Source: Devosia sp. (lineage in GTDB: Bacteria; Pseudomonadota; Alphaproteobacteria; Rhizobiales; Devosiaceae). Taken from it: a stretch of 63,746 nucleotides of DNA. The notes beneath the pieces were generated by a model. It did not search any database. It saw only the letters and a list, made by a program, of their open reading frames with translations, and was not told where the DNA came from. Both the position numbers and the translations under genes were made by a program. The stretch covers positions 1-63,746 of the forward strand of contig DAORUH010000001.1 in assembly GCA_035433065.1 (NCBI GenBank). The letters are read 5' to 3'. Below, in pieces: positions 37,260 to 47,399 of this stretch; within the stretch, counting starts at the first letter, position 1, and each line of letters opens with the position of its first letter.

Positions 37260-38234
37260 TTAGCGGTGGTGGCAGGCCACGAACTGGCCGTCTTCGCGCG
37301 GCGTCAGTGCCGGCTCGGTGGTCTTGCAGACATCCGTCGCGAGCGGGCACCGCGTATGAAACGGGCACCCGGACGGCTTGTTGATCGCGCTCGGCACATC
37401 ATCGTTCCGCGCCGAGAACGTATGCCGCTGCCGCGGATCCAGCGTCGGCGCCGACCGCATCAGCATCTCCGTATACGGATGCAGCGGCCGCTCGAAAATC
37501 GTCGTTTTCCCAGCAATTTCAACGATCTTGCCAAGATACATCACCGCTACCCGGTGCGAGATATGCTCCACCACACCCAGGTCATGCGAGATGAACAGGA
37601 ACGACACTCCAAGGTCCCGCTGCAGGTCCGCGAGCAGGTTAAGTATCTGAGCCTGCACGGAAACATCCAGCGCCGACACCGGCTCATCGCACACGATGAT
37701 GTCCGGCTTCAGCGCCAGCGCCCGCGCAATCCCGATCCTCTGCCGCTGCCCACCCGAGAACTGATGCGGAAAATTGTCAGCCTGATCAGGCCTTAAGCCG
37801 ACGCGCGCCATCAACCGCGTCACCTCGGCATCCCGCTCCGCAGGCGTCCCGATGCCATGAATATCCAGCGGCGCCCGGATCGCCTCCCGCACCCGGTGCC
37901 GCGGATTCAGCGACGAAAACGGGTCCTGAAATACAATCTGCATCCGCCGCCGGTAGTCCTTCAGCGCGGCACGGCCAAAACTGCGGATTTCCTGCCCATC
38001 AAACCGCACCCGCCCGCCAGTCGGCTTCACCAGCCCCATGAGCGCAAGCCCCGTCGTCGACTTCCCGCAGCCCGATTCCCCAACAAGACTAAGGGTTTCG
38101 CCCTTCCCGAGCGAAAAGCTGACCCCATCAACGGCCTTCACCGTCCCCGTCTCGCGCTGCAGCACCCCGCCACGGACGGGGAAGTGAACCTCAAGATTCT
38201 CAACGGAAAGCAGTGGTGCGGTCGCGTCAGACAT
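37260..38234 (-). CDS. Peptide/nickel ABC transporter ATP-binding protein (OppF-like)
   Basis: [36 protein letters not shown]. Confidence 0.94.
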   Translation of the reverse strand: MSDATAPLLSVENLEVHFPVRGGVLQRETGTVKAVDGVSFSLGKGETLSLVGESGCGKSTTGLALMGLVKPTGGRVRFDGQEIRSFGRAALKDYRRRMQIVFQDPFSSLNPRHRVREAIRAPLDIHGIGTPAERDAEVTRLMARVGLRPDQADNFPHQFSGGQRQRIGIARALALKPDIIVCDEPVSALDVSVQAQILNLLADLQRDLGVSFLFISHDLGVVEHISHRVAVMYLGKIVEIAGKTTIFERPLHPYTEMLMRSAPTLDPRQRHTFSARNDDVPSAINKPSGCPFHTRCPLATDVCKTTEPALTPREDGQFVACHHR

Positions 38235-39231
38235 CGACGTGCTCCCAGCAGGCCGCAAAGTGGCCGGGACGCTTTTCCTCAAACGGCGGCCGCTCCTCGA
38301 AACACCGCGCCGAAGCGCGCGGGCAGCGTGGCGCAAAGGCACAGCCTTTGGGCAAATCCCACGGCGGCGGCACGGTGCCGGTGATATCCACCAGCCGCTC
38401 GCCGCTCGGCCGCCCGGCTACTGGTCGCGGAATCGCGCCCATCAGGCCGAGCGTGTAGGGATGAATTGGGTTGTCGAAGAGGTCGTAGACCGAGGCTTCC
38501 TCGACCCGTCGCCCCGCATACATCACCACCACCCGGTCCGCGACTTCGGCCACAACGCCGAGATCGTGGGTAATCAGGATCAGCGCCGTCCCCATCCGCT
38601 CCTGCAGGTCGGAGATAAGCCCCAGAATCTGCGCCTGGATGGTGACGTCGAGCGCCGTAGTCGGTTCATCCGCCACGAGAATCTTCGGATCGCAGGCCAG
38701 CGCGAGCGCGATCATGGCGCGCTGTCGCTGACCGCCGGAAAGCTCGTGCGGGAACTGCTTCGCCCGCCGCTTCGGATCCGGCATCTGCACCATGTGCAGC
38801 ACCTCAATGGCCCGCTCCATTGCCGCGCGGTGGCCGATCTTGCGGTGCTGACGAACGGATTCGGCAATCTGCTCGCCGATCGTCAGCACCGGATTTAGGG
38901 CGGTCAGCGGCTCCTGGAAGATCATGGCGATCTGCTCGCCGCGCATGTCTTCGACGCGCCGCTGGCTCATGGCGAGGAAATCCTCGCCATTGATGCGTAT
39001 GCTGCCGCCGGTGACGCTTGCCGCCTCGGGCAGCAGGCGCAGCAGCGACAGCGCCGTCATGGATTTGCCGCAGCCCGATTCACCAACGATGCAAAGCGTC
39101 TCGCCGGGCCGGACGGAAAGCGCCATCTCGGCCACGACGGGATAGGAGCCGTGGTCGCCGCGGATGCGGACCTCGAGGTCCGACACCGAGATTGCGGGCG
39201 CTTCCGACGCTTTGAGGGCTGCTGCGGTCAT
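38227..39231 (-). CDS. Peptide/nickel ABC transporter ATP-binding protein (OppD-like)
   Basis: [42 protein letters not shown]. Confidence 0.94.
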   Translation of the reverse strand: MTAAALKASEAPAISVSDLEVRIRGDHGSYPVVAEMALSVRPGETLCIVGESGCGKSMTALSLLRLLPEAASVTGGSIRINGEDFLAMSQRRVEDMRGEQIAMIFQEPLTALNPVLTIGEQIAESVRQHRKIGHRAAMERAIEVLHMVQMPDPKRRAKQFPHELSGGQRQRAMIALALACDPKILVADEPTTALDVTIQAQILGLISDLQERMGTALILITHDLGVVAEVADRVVVMYAGRRVEEASVYDLFDNPIHPYTLGLMGAIPRPVAGRPSGERLVDITGTVPPPWDLPKGCAFAPRCPRASARCFEERPPFEEKRPGHFAACWEHVDV

Positions 39232-39234
39232 GCC

Positions 39235-40185
39235 TTACGAGAACTCCGCCCCGTCGAGATTGCCGACCATGTAGCCATAGTCGCCAGCCTCCACGAGGTT
39301 CCGCGTCAGATGCTGCATGATCATGATGCCGTTCTCGAACGGCGTCGGGATCTCCTCTATCGTCTCGAAATCGTAGGGGCTGACGACACGGCCGAGCAGC
39401 TGGCCGCCCTTGATGACCTCGCCATTGTCCGGCGACAGCCGCTCGAGCCACCCGCCATGCTTGGGGCGGATACCGGCAAGTTCGCGCACCGTGATCTGCT
39501 TCGGCGGCGCCTGCACGTCGCCCTCGATGGCGCCGAGATAGCGCAGCTGGTTCATCATGCCGTCGACGGTGCGCTTCACGTACGGACCCTGGTCGACGAT
39601 GCCGCCGCCGAGTTCGATCGTCGTCACCTTCATTTCCGGCCGCTTGTCGATGGTCACCGTCTTGGTCGTGCCATTGTAGACCGTGCCGGTCTTGCCCACC
39701 GTCGGACGGTAGAGGACCTTCGAGCCGAAGGCGCGCGCCAGTCCCTCGTCGCTCCAGATGTAGACGTAGTCGACCGTCGGCCGGTCCGTGCCGGAATGCA
39801 GGTCGATATTGGCGTCGAGCTTGTCGAAGTACTGCGTCGCCAGCGCATGGGCGAGCTGCTGGGTGTAGTTGCCGCGGTCGTCGCCCGGGAATTCGCGGTT
39901 GAGGTTCAGCTCATCGAGCGGCGTGAAGCGGTGGTTCACCGCAAAGGCGCGCGGGTTGGCCACCGGCAGCAGCAGGATGCGGCCCTTGAGCTTCACGTCC
40001 TTGAGGATACGGAACAGATCGACGATCGCCTGCGAGCCAGCGTTCTCGTTACCATGGATGGACGCCGAAATGCCGATGGTCGGGCCGTCAGTCTCGCCCA
40101 CCAACTCGTGGATGAAGAGCAGCGCACCGCTGCCATCCGCGTGGGTGGTGAACTTGTGCCGGATCTTGTTGATCGCCTTGACCAT
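39235..40185 (-). CDS. Succinylglutamate desuccinylase/aspartoacylase (M14, AstE/AspA; DoeB-like) deacylase
   Basis: Zinc motifs IHGNE, NLNREFPG, IDLHSG; ELGG. ATG at 40185 follows AAGGA. Confidence 0.86.
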   Translation of the reverse strand: MVKAINKIRHKFTTHADGSGALLFIHELVGETDGPTIGISASIHGNENAGSQAIVDLFRILKDVKLKGRILLLPVANPRAFAVNHRFTPLDELNLNREFPGDDRGNYTQQLAHALATQYFDKLDANIDLHSGTDRPTVDYVYIWSDEGLARAFGSKVLYRPTVGKTGTVYNGTTKTVTIDKRPEMKVTTIELGGGIVDQGPYVKRTVDGMMNQLRYLGAIEGDVQAPPKQITVRELAGIRPKHGGWLERLSPDNGEVIKGGQLLGRVVSPYDFETIEEIPTPFENGIMIMQHLTRNLVEAGDYGYMVGNLDGAEFS

Positions 40186-40214
40186 GGTCGTTGTCCTTTG
40201 AGTCTCAGTAGGTG

Positions 40215-41066
40215 TTATTTCTTGCCCCCGACGCGCGTCAGCTGGCGCGGATCGAGGATGTCGCGCAGCCCATCGCCGAGCAGATTGAAGCCGAGCACAG
40301 TGAGCATGATCGTCGCGCCCGCGATGATCGACATCCACGGTTCGTCGCGGATGAACTTCGTGCCGTAGGAGAGCGTCCAGCCCCAGGTCGGGGTCGGCGG
40401 CGGCAGGCCGAAGCCGAGGAAGCTCATCGCGGATTCGATGATCACCGCGGTCCCCAGGCCCAGCGAGGCGAGAACGACGATCGGGCCGAGTGCATTGGGC
40501 AGGATTTCGCGGAACAGGATGCGCGGAGCGCTGGCGCCGAGCGCCCGTGCCGCCTGCACGTAGTTCTGTTCTCGCAGCACCAGCGTCGTGGCCCGCACGA
40601 CGCGCGCGTACTCCGTCCAGGTGACGGCGATGATCGCCGCGGAAATATTGATGATGCCCGGCCCAAGCACTGCAACGATGGCCAGCGTGAGAACGATGGC
40701 GGGGAAACCGAGGAACACGTCGGTAATCCGCATCAGGAGCATGTCGACCCAGCGGCCGAAATAGCCTGCTGCCAGGCCAACCGTTGTGCCGATGAGAGCC
40801 GCTACCGTTACCGAAAGAATGCCGATCGAGAGCGAGACGCGCGCCCCGTAGATCAACCTCGACCAAAGGTCGCGTCCGAGGTTGTCGGTGCCCAGCCAGT
40901 GCACGGCAGAGGGCAGCGAGAAGCGGTTGCGCATGTCCGGTTGATCGACACCGTGTGTCGCGAGCCAGGGCGCGAACACCGCGAGACAGACCAGCGTCAG
41001 GATGATGATCGCGCCGATGACGAGCGAGGGATTGCGAAGAGGTTTGGGAATGCGCATCGCCGTCAC
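40215..41066 (-). CDS. Peptide ABC transporter permease (OppC/DppC-like)
   Basis: HWLGTDNLGRD, YVQAARALGAS, SFLGFG, FNLLGDGLRD. Confidence 0.94.
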   Translation of the reverse strand: MTAMRIPKPLRNPSLVIGAIIILTLVCLAVFAPWLATHGVDQPDMRNRFSLPSAVHWLGTDNLGRDLWSRLIYGARVSLSIGILSVTVAALIGTTVGLAAGYFGRWVDMLLMRITDVFLGFPAIVLTLAIVAVLGPGIINISAAIIAVTWTEYARVVRATTLVLREQNYVQAARALGASAPRILFREILPNALGPIVVLASLGLGTAVIIESAMSFLGFGLPPPTPTWGWTLSYGTKFIRDEPWMSIIAGATIMLTVLGFNLLGDGLRDILDPRQLTRVGGKK

Positions 41067-42043
41067 CCGAGCCGAACCCGCGGGTCGACCGCGGCATAGA
41101 GGAGGTCAACGACGAGGTTCACCAGCGCAAAGATCAGCGCGAAGGTGAGCACGATGCCCTGGATCAGCGGCAGGTCGCGCTGCGACACCGCGGCGAAGGT
41201 GAGCTGCCCAAGACCCGGCCAGGCAAAGATCATCTCCACCAGCACGGCTCCGCCGAGCAGCGCCCCGAACCGCAGGCCGATGACGCTGAGAACCGGCAGC
41301 AGGGCGTTGCGCAGAGCATGACGCACCACGACGCGCGGCTGGCGCAGGCCCTTGGCATAGGCGGTACGCACAAAGTCCTCGCGCAGAACCTCAAGCATCG
41401 AGGTGCGCACCAGGCGCGAGATGATGGCGGCGGAGTTCACCGCAAGCGCGAAGGCAGGGAGGATGATGTGCGTGATCGAATCCCAGAGCACCTGTGGCCG
41501 CCCGGCAAGCGCCGCGCCGACCGCTTCGATCAACGGTACGCCCCGCCCGATCGCCGGGAGCCAGCCGAGCGTCACGGCGAAGAGGAGCATCAGCAGCAGT
41601 CCCAGCCAGTACACGGGCATCGAAACGCCGAGCTGCGCCAGCAGCATCGCCGCCGTATCAATGATCGAGCCCTGTCGGATGGCGGCGAGCACACCCAGCG
41701 TCACACCGATAAGCGTCGCGAGCAGCAGCGCAACCACTGCAAGTTCGATGGTCGCCCCGATGCGCCCGGCAATGATCTCGCTGACGGGCGCGCTCTGGAA
41801 CAGCGAGTAGCCCATGTCACCATGCAGAAGCTGCCAGAAGTAGCCGCCGAGCCTAACGTACCAGGGGTCGTCGAGACCCATGGTGCGGCGGAGGTTGGCG
41901 ATCATTTCAGGCGAAGCTTCGGGCCCGAGCAGAACCGCGGCCGGGTCGCCCGGGACGAGCAGCAACAATCCAAACGTAACCACCACCATGCCGATGGCCA
42001 TCGGGATAAGCAGCAGCAGCCGGCGAATGACATAGGCGATCAA
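41063..42043 (-). CDS. Peptide ABC transporter permease (OppB/DppB-like)
   Basis: PGDPA, DFVRTAYAKGL, HALRNALLP, FAWPGLG, DPRVR. Confidence 0.94.
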   Translation of the reverse strand: MIAYVIRRLLLLIPMAIGMVVVTFGLLLLVPGDPAAVLLGPEASPEMIANLRRTMGLDDPWYVRLGGYFWQLLHGDMGYSLFQSAPVSEIIAGRIGATIELAVVALLLATLIGVTLGVLAAIRQGSIIDTAAMLLAQLGVSMPVYWLGLLLMLLFAVTLGWLPAIGRGVPLIEAVGAALAGRPQVLWDSITHIILPAFALAVNSAAIISRLVRTSMLEVLREDFVRTAYAKGLRQPRVVVRHALRNALLPVLSVIGLRFGALLGGAVLVEMIFAWPGLGQLTFAAVSQRDLPLIQGIVLTFALIFALVNLVVDLLYAAVDPRVRLG

Positions 42044-42079
42044 CGGGCCGGCTCCTTTCGGCGGATGATGGCTGGCGGC

Positions 42080-43252
42080 TTAGGCAATGACGATCTCGTC
42101 GATCCGGCGCGGATACTTGGTCATGCTGTCGGGACCGTTCTCGGTGATGAGGACGGTGTCGGCGATGCGGTAGCCGGCAAAACCGGGAATGGTGATGGAC
42201 GGCTCGCTCGAAGCGATCATGCCGGCCTCGAGAATGGTCTGGTCGCCCGCTTCGATCCACGGCGGCTCATGGAACATGATGCCCATGCCGTGGCCGACGC
42301 GGTGGAAGGCGTTGTCCTTCATGCCCTGCTTTTCGATGTAGGCCTGGGCGAGGTTGTCGGATGAGGCGCAGGTGTTCCCTGCGATCAGCGCCGCGGTGCC
42401 GATGCGTTGTGCCTCGAAGGCAACGGCATAGTGGCCGGCCTGTTCCTTCGTCGGTTCGCCGATAAAGAAGGTGCGCTCGCTCTCGGCGGCCCGGCCACCG
42501 ACGCGGCAGCCCAGCGACAGGATGAGGCTCTCGCCACGCTTTACCGGATTGCCCGTCGGCATGCCGTGCGGGAAGGCCGAGCGCTCGCCCGAATAGACGA
42601 GGCCCGAGGCAAGTCCTGCCACCAGCATGAGGTCGTCGTGCTCGTCGAACATGATGTTCATCGCGTGGCGCGACACGAAGGACTCGATCTCGACCTCGGT
42701 CGGCAGGTCGCCGCCCTTCCGCATGGCGTCGGCAATGAGACCAACGCCAGCCTTCACCATGGCGTCCGAAATGCGCGCCGCTTCACGATGCAGCACGACT
42801 TCCTCGGGATATTTGCGGAGCCGCATCTGCTGGACGATTGCCGAGGGCTGCACCCTGGCGTTGGGGAAGGCGGTCCCGATCTGCGCCACGCGACCGAAGG
42901 CGATGCCGTAGCTGTGAGCGACGGTTCCGATCTGGCCCGGCACGGCGCGCGCCAGCACATCGAAGGGGCGGTCGACGCCCGGAAACTCAAAATAGATCAC
43001 CGGCTCCGCAGCAATCGTCTGATGCGCGGCATGCGTCTCTTCGAGACGCGGCAGCAGCAGGAAGGCGCGTTCCTGGGTGATCGCGAAAACCACCGGGCGC
43101 TCGGTCGTATAGTGCGAGAAGCCGGTCGTGTAGATGACGTCGTCATTGGAATCGAGCAACAGCAGGTCGACCCCGGTCGCCGCCATGTGGGCGCGGATGT
43201 CGGCGTGGACCTTTGCGTAGAAATCCGCACTGAGGCGCTGGGTAAACGTCAT
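42080..43252 (-). CDS. M24 (pita-bread fold) hydrolase, creatinase/Xaa-Pro peptidase family
   Basis: RLRKYPEE, FPHG, ERTFFIG, HRVGHGMG, HEPP, EPSI, GYRIADTV. Confidence 0.88.
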   Translation of the reverse strand: MTFTQRLSADFYAKVHADIRAHMAATGVDLLLLDSNDDVIYTTGFSHYTTERPVVFAITQERAFLLLPRLEETHAAHQTIAAEPVIYFEFPGVDRPFDVLARAVPGQIGTVAHSYGIAFGRVAQIGTAFPNARVQPSAIVQQMRLRKYPEEVVLHREAARISDAMVKAGVGLIADAMRKGGDLPTEVEIESFVSRHAMNIMFDEHDDLMLVAGLASGLVYSGERSAFPHGMPTGNPVKRGESLILSLGCRVGGRAAESERTFFIGEPTKEQAGHYAVAFEAQRIGTAALIAGNTCASSDNLAQAYIEKQGMKDNAFHRVGHGMGIMFHEPPWIEAGDQTILEAGMIASSEPSITIPGFAGYRIADTVLITENGPDSMTKYPRRIDEIVIA

Positions 43253-43327
43253 CAAAGAATTCCTTGAAAGAAGATGCGGCCGATGCCGGGAGGAAATTGG
43301 CACCGGCCGCCAGTGGTCAGGAAACGG

Positions 43328-44863
43328 TTACTTTTCCATGCCGATCAGGCCGCGGAACGTGCCACGCGGCGTGGCCTTCACTTCGACGGGGAAGTCCTTC
43401 TTGTAGAAGAGCTGGTAGCCCTGATCGGAGATGATGAAGTAAGGAAGGTCGCTGGCGAGAATGGTTGCTGCGGCCTGGTAAGCCTTGGTCCGAGCGGCCT
43501 GGTCCAGCGACGAGCGGCCTTCCTGCAGCAGCTTGTCGACTTCCGGGTTGGAATAACCGCCCCAGTTGGTCGAGCCGCCTGTCGAAAGCTGGCCGAACAG
43601 CAGCCGGTCGGGATCGACGATGTTGAGCCAGCCGAGCAGCGCGATCTGGTGCATGCTCTTCTGTACGTAGTTGGTCGAAAACGACGGCCAGTCGCTGATC
43701 TGTACCTGTGCATCGACGCCTGCCGACTGCATCAGGGCCTGGGTCAGTTCGACGGCCTGCACGCGGTTCGGGTCTTCGCTGTGGGTCGACAGTGTGACCG
43801 TCAGCTTCTTGCCGTCCTTGTCGAGGATGCCGTCGCCGTCGCTGTCCTTCCAGCCCAGTTCGTTGAACTTTGCCACCGCGCCTTCGATGCTGAAGGTCGG
43901 CTGCTTGATGTCGGCCGAATAGGCCCAGGACGACGGCAGGATGATCGAAGTCGCGACCTGATCCACGCCCTGGTAGATGTCGTTCACGATCGAGTTCTGG
44001 TCGATCAGCATCGAGAACGCCTGACGCATGCCAGCGTCGGCGAGCAGCGGGTCCTTGGTATTGTAGTTGATGTAGGTGACGCCAAGGCCGGCCATGATGG
44101 CATAGCCGAAGCGGTCGTCAGCGGCCAGACGCTTGATGTCATTGGGCGACAGCGGCGACTGGATGACGTCGAGATCGCCGGCCTCGAAGGCCTGCGCGCG
44201 GGCCGAGTTGTCGCCGATGATCTTGATGGTGACGCCGGCGACTTCCGGAGTGCCCGCCCAGTAGGTCGGGCTGGCCTTCAGCACGATCTCGCTGCCGCGG
44301 TTCCAACTGGCGAGCGTCATCGGGCCGGCGCCGATCGGGGTGGTCGCCGGATCCTTGCCGCCCTCGGCAGCAGCCTTCGAGACGATGCCCTTGTCGAGGT
44401 AGCTGAGGAGCGGTGCGTAGGGCGCCGACAGGCTGAACTTCACCGTCAGCGGATCGACCGCTTCGATCTTGGCGATCGGGCTGTAGAGCGCGCGGTCGGG
44501 GGCGTTGAAGTCGGGGTTGATGACGCTCTCGAACGTATAGACGACGTCATCGGCGGTGAGCGGGGTGCCGTCGGAGAACTTCAGGTCCGGTCGCAGCTTG
44601 AAGACATAGGTCTGCGGATCGGGAGATTCCCAGCTCTCGGCGAGATCGGGGACGGCCTCGAGGCCCGGCGTAAGGTGCACGAGACCGGCATAGATCAGGT
44701 CGACAGTTCGCGAGGCGGTGGTGTCACGCATCAGCCGCGGGTCGAGCGTTCCGGCATCGACGTCCGTGCCGATCACGATCGTTTTGTCCTGGGCGAACCC
44801 AGCTGAGGCCGGCATCAGCGCAAGGCCGACGACGGCGGTCGTCAACATAAGGAGCTTTTTCAT
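43328..44863 (-). CDS. Peptide/nickel ABC substrate-binding protein (family 5)
   Basis: Signal peptide; LDP, PDLAESW, FSDGTPLTADDV, IGAGP. Confidence 0.93.
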   Translation of the reverse strand: MKKLLMLTTAVVGLALMPASAGFAQDKTIVIGTDVDAGTLDPRLMRDTTASRTVDLIYAGLVHLTPGLEAVPDLAESWESPDPQTYVFKLRPDLKFSDGTPLTADDVVYTFESVINPDFNAPDRALYSPIAKIEAVDPLTVKFSLSAPYAPLLSYLDKGIVSKAAAEGGKDPATTPIGAGPMTLASWNRGSEIVLKASPTYWAGTPEVAGVTIKIIGDNSARAQAFEAGDLDVIQSPLSPNDIKRLAADDRFGYAIMAGLGVTYINYNTKDPLLADAGMRQAFSMLIDQNSIVNDIYQGVDQVATSIILPSSWAYSADIKQPTFSIEGAVAKFNELGWKDSDGDGILDKDGKKLTVTLSTHSEDPNRVQAVELTQALMQSAGVDAQVQISDWPSFSTNYVQKSMHQIALLGWLNIVDPDRLLFGQLSTGGSTNWGGYSNPEVDKLLQEGRSSLDQAARTKAYQAAATILASDLPYFIISDQGYQLFYKKDFPVEVKATPRGTFRGLIGMEK

Positions 44864-44913
44864 TCCCGTTCCCTTCGTGGATGATAGAAAAAACATGTGC
44901 CGGAGTGACGGTT

Positions 44914-45954
44914 TCACTTCTTGGCGGCACGCTTGCTTGGGGTATGCGCCGATACGGACGGACGGGTCTCGTTCTCGGCGATCTTGTCGCGTCGCAGGTC
45001 CGCCAGGTACGGAACCAGCACGGTTTCGAGCATGCCCGGATCGGGAGCGTGCCGGTACTCGAAGCAGGGCACACCCGGCTGTACGAGCTCGGCGACGTGA
45101 TCGGCGCCCGAGGCATAAATCACTACGTCGCAGCCGGCGATGGTCTCGGCGAGATCGGGGGCAGACAGCCAGGCGACCTTGATATCGGCGACGTGCGGCG
45201 CAAACTCGCGCACGCTCGGGCGCATGATGGCTATGTAGTCCTGAAAGTAGCTCACTGCGGCGACGCGGGTGCGCGGATCGAGCGCGGCAAGCGCCGTGCG
45301 GGTGCGCTCGGAGGGTATGAACCTGAGGCCCAGAACCTGCGCCTCTGACACCAGCGCCTTCACCTCCGCCTCACGGTTGAGGAAGGTGACGACCACGTCG
45401 GCCTCATTGGCGATCTGTCGTGATTCGGCAGAGACGCGCAGCGCGTCGATGGTGATCAGGTGGACTTTGTCATTGTTTGCGAGCACCGGCCTGATGCGCG
45501 CGACGTAGTCGCGGCCCGGCCCCTCGAAGATGGCAACGAATACTATGTTGAGGCCGGCGCGGGGGCGGCGCAGCAGCGCCTGCGCATTAATCATCGAGGT
45601 CAGCGCAAGTGTCGAAACGCCGAGCTTTTCGGCCTTGCCGATGAGTACTTCGATATCGGCACGCAGTGCCGAGACAGGAAGGGCATCGCTGCCACGCTTG
45701 TCCGGGTTGGTGACGGCGAAGGCCCCAAGCCCGTGCCGCATCTCCACCATGCCCTCGTCACGCAGGCGTTGGTACACCTGTGCGACCGTCATCGGCGCGA
45801 TGCCGAGCTGGGTGGCGAGCTGGCGCACCGACTGCAGCCTGCTGCCATTGGGGATGCCGCCGAACGACAGAGCATAGCTCAATAGCCCGTGGAGCTGCGT
45901 GCCGACCGGCACGGGGAGGGACTTGTCGATGCTGTTGGCGTCGATAGGGAACAC
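44914..45954 (-). CDS. GntR-family regulator (YtrA-like HTH plus extra C-terminal domain)
   Basis: GSRLQSVRQLATQLGIAPMTVAQVYQRLRDEG. GTG start inferred at 45954. Confidence 0.85.
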   Translation of the reverse strand: MFPIDANSIDKSLPVPVGTQLHGLLSYALSFGGIPNGSRLQSVRQLATQLGIAPMTVAQVYQRLRDEGMVEMRHGLGAFAVTNPDKRGSDALPVSALRADIEVLIGKAEKLGVSTLALTSMINAQALLRRPRAGLNIVFVAIFEGPGRDYVARIRPVLANNDKVHLITIDALRVSAESRQIANEADVVVTFLNREAEVKALVSEAQVLGLRFIPSERTRTALAALDPRTRVAAVSYFQDYIAIMRPSVREFAPHVADIKVAWLSAPDLAETIAGCDVVIYASGADHVAELVQPGVPCFEYRHAPDPGMLETVLVPYLADLRRDKIAENETRPSVSAHTPSKRAAKK

Positions 45955-45976
45955 GTGTTCTAGTCCAGCGGTACAC
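45955..45976. promoter_or_regulatory. 22-bp imperfect palindrome (YtrA-type GntR operator candidate)
   Basis: GTGTTCTA-N6-CGGTACAC abuts the inferred GntR start codon. Confidence 0.5.
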
Positions 45977-46163
45977 TCAAACCGTATTCGTCCCGAGGAG
46001 CGATGGCAACAGCACGTGTGCAGATTGCATGCAGGTATTGGCAAGTGCCTGCTTTGCGTGCAACAAATATGCTGAACCGCCGCCAACTCTGGCGATCGTG
46101 CAGGGATCTGGCCGAAGTTTTCCCGCCCCGAACCCCGGCGTGAGGTCGTGCGTGCCTGGAGCG

Positions 46164-46185
46164 GTGTACTAACGACGTAGGTCAA
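46164..46185. promoter_or_regulatory. Second candidate GntR operator upstream of the divergent DUF885-like gene
   Basis: GTGTACTA-N6-TAGGTCAA. Confidence 0.4.
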
Positions 46186-46232
46186 CACCTGTGCCGCAGC
46201 GGCGCTGCGGCCCGGAGAGAGTAACTCTATCT

Positions 46233-47399
46233 ATGCAGCTTGGTCTCGAACTCGCCCGTCTCACTGCGGGCCTCGACAAACTCTACCGCGAGGTGCCGCG
46301 GACGAGCAGTTTTCTCGATCGCGAGGGGCTGATTCCGGTCGCCGTGGCGCAGGTTGAGCCTTACGCATTCTCGTCCTACGGCGAGGTGCGGGAGCGGCTT
46401 CTATCGCTGCAGGCACGCGTTCCGGGGGAGGCGCAGAGCGAACTACGCCGGGCCTATCTGCTTGAAATGATTGATTCACTTCTTGCACTTCTCGATACTT
46501 TCGAGGATCGGCAGATTTCGTATGCCGAGCGGCTGCGGCGGCAGATGCGGATCGATACGCAGACGGTCGGCGACGATATTCTCGATGGTTACCGGGCGAC
46601 GATCCGGGGCAGCCTGGATGAGATGGGGTATCGCGGCGGCTCGCTGACTGAGGATGTGGCGCGGTTTGAGAAGGACAGCGTGATTCCGGCCGACAAGGTG
46701 CTGGAGGCGATGGCGGAGTACACGCGCGAGGCGCGGCGGCGGACGTCCGAGATGATGTACCTGATGAACGACGAGTGGATTGAGCCGGTGCCGCTCGAGA
46801 ACGTGCCGTTCACCGCCTATTGCGATTTTCCGGCGCGCAAGATGCGGCTGAATCTCAAGTTTCCGTTTACGCGGTCGGACGTCAAGCACCTTGCCTGCCA
46901 TGAGGCGTTTCCGGGGCATCTGGTGCATCTGGCTTTGCGCCAACGCTATGTTGCAGAAGGGAAAATGCCGCTCGATGGGGCGCAGGTCGTCACAAGTTCG
47001 GCCTCCAGTGCGCTGTTCGAGGGGATTGCCGATAACGGGTGGTTCTTCCTCGACTGGATCAATACGCCTGAGGACGTGGCGGGGATGACGCTGGTGCGGC
47101 TGCGGTCGGCGCTCCGGTGCAATGCGGCGTGGATGCTGCATGTCGAGGGGCGGTCGCCGGAAGAGGTGGCGCCGATCATCGCACAGGCCGGATATCAGGA
47201 CGTTGCGACGGCTGCGGGGCGCATCGGGTTCCTGCGGCATGGGCTCAGGGCGCCGTTTGTCTATGGGTACTGGTGCGGCGATACGTCAACGCATGCGGTG
47301 TGGGAAAAGGTGCCGAAAGAGCGGCGGAGGGAGTTTTGGGACTACCTCTACGGCAACATGCATACTCCGACGACGCTCAGGGAGTTCTGGCGAATATGA
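46233..47399 (+). CDS. Hypothetical zinc metallohydrolase, DUF885-like
   Basis: HEAFPGHLVH with downstream FEGIA resembles the DUF885 HExxPGH...EG motif. Confidence 0.7.
   Translation: MQLGLELARLTAGLDKLYREVPRTSSFLDREGLIPVAVAQVEPYAFSSYGEVRERLLSLQARVPGEAQSELRRAYLLEMIDSLLALLDTFEDRQISYAERLRRQMRIDTQTVGDDILDGYRATIRGSLDEMGYRGGSLTEDVARFEKDSVIPADKVLEAMAEYTREARRRTSEMMYLMNDEWIEPVPLENVPFTAYCDFPARKMRLNLKFPFTRSDVKHLACHEAFPGHLVHLALRQRYVAEGKMPLDGAQVVTSSASSALFEGIADNGWFFLDWINTPEDVAGMTLVRLRSALRCNAAWMLHVEGRSPEEVAPIIAQAGYQDVATAAGRIGFLRHGLRAPFVYGYWCGDTSTHAVWEKVPKERRREFWDYLYGNMHTPTTLREFWRI

Noticed and set aside
45990-46075. Sigma-54 promoter among the TGGCA/TTGC motifs
   Set aside because: No GG-N10-GC spacing was found in the candidates checked on either strand.
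38000-46200. Replication origin at the skew change
   Set aside because: No dnaA, parAB, repABC, DnaA-box cluster or AT-rich unwinding region seen; GGGNAGGG motifs occur in mixed orientation.
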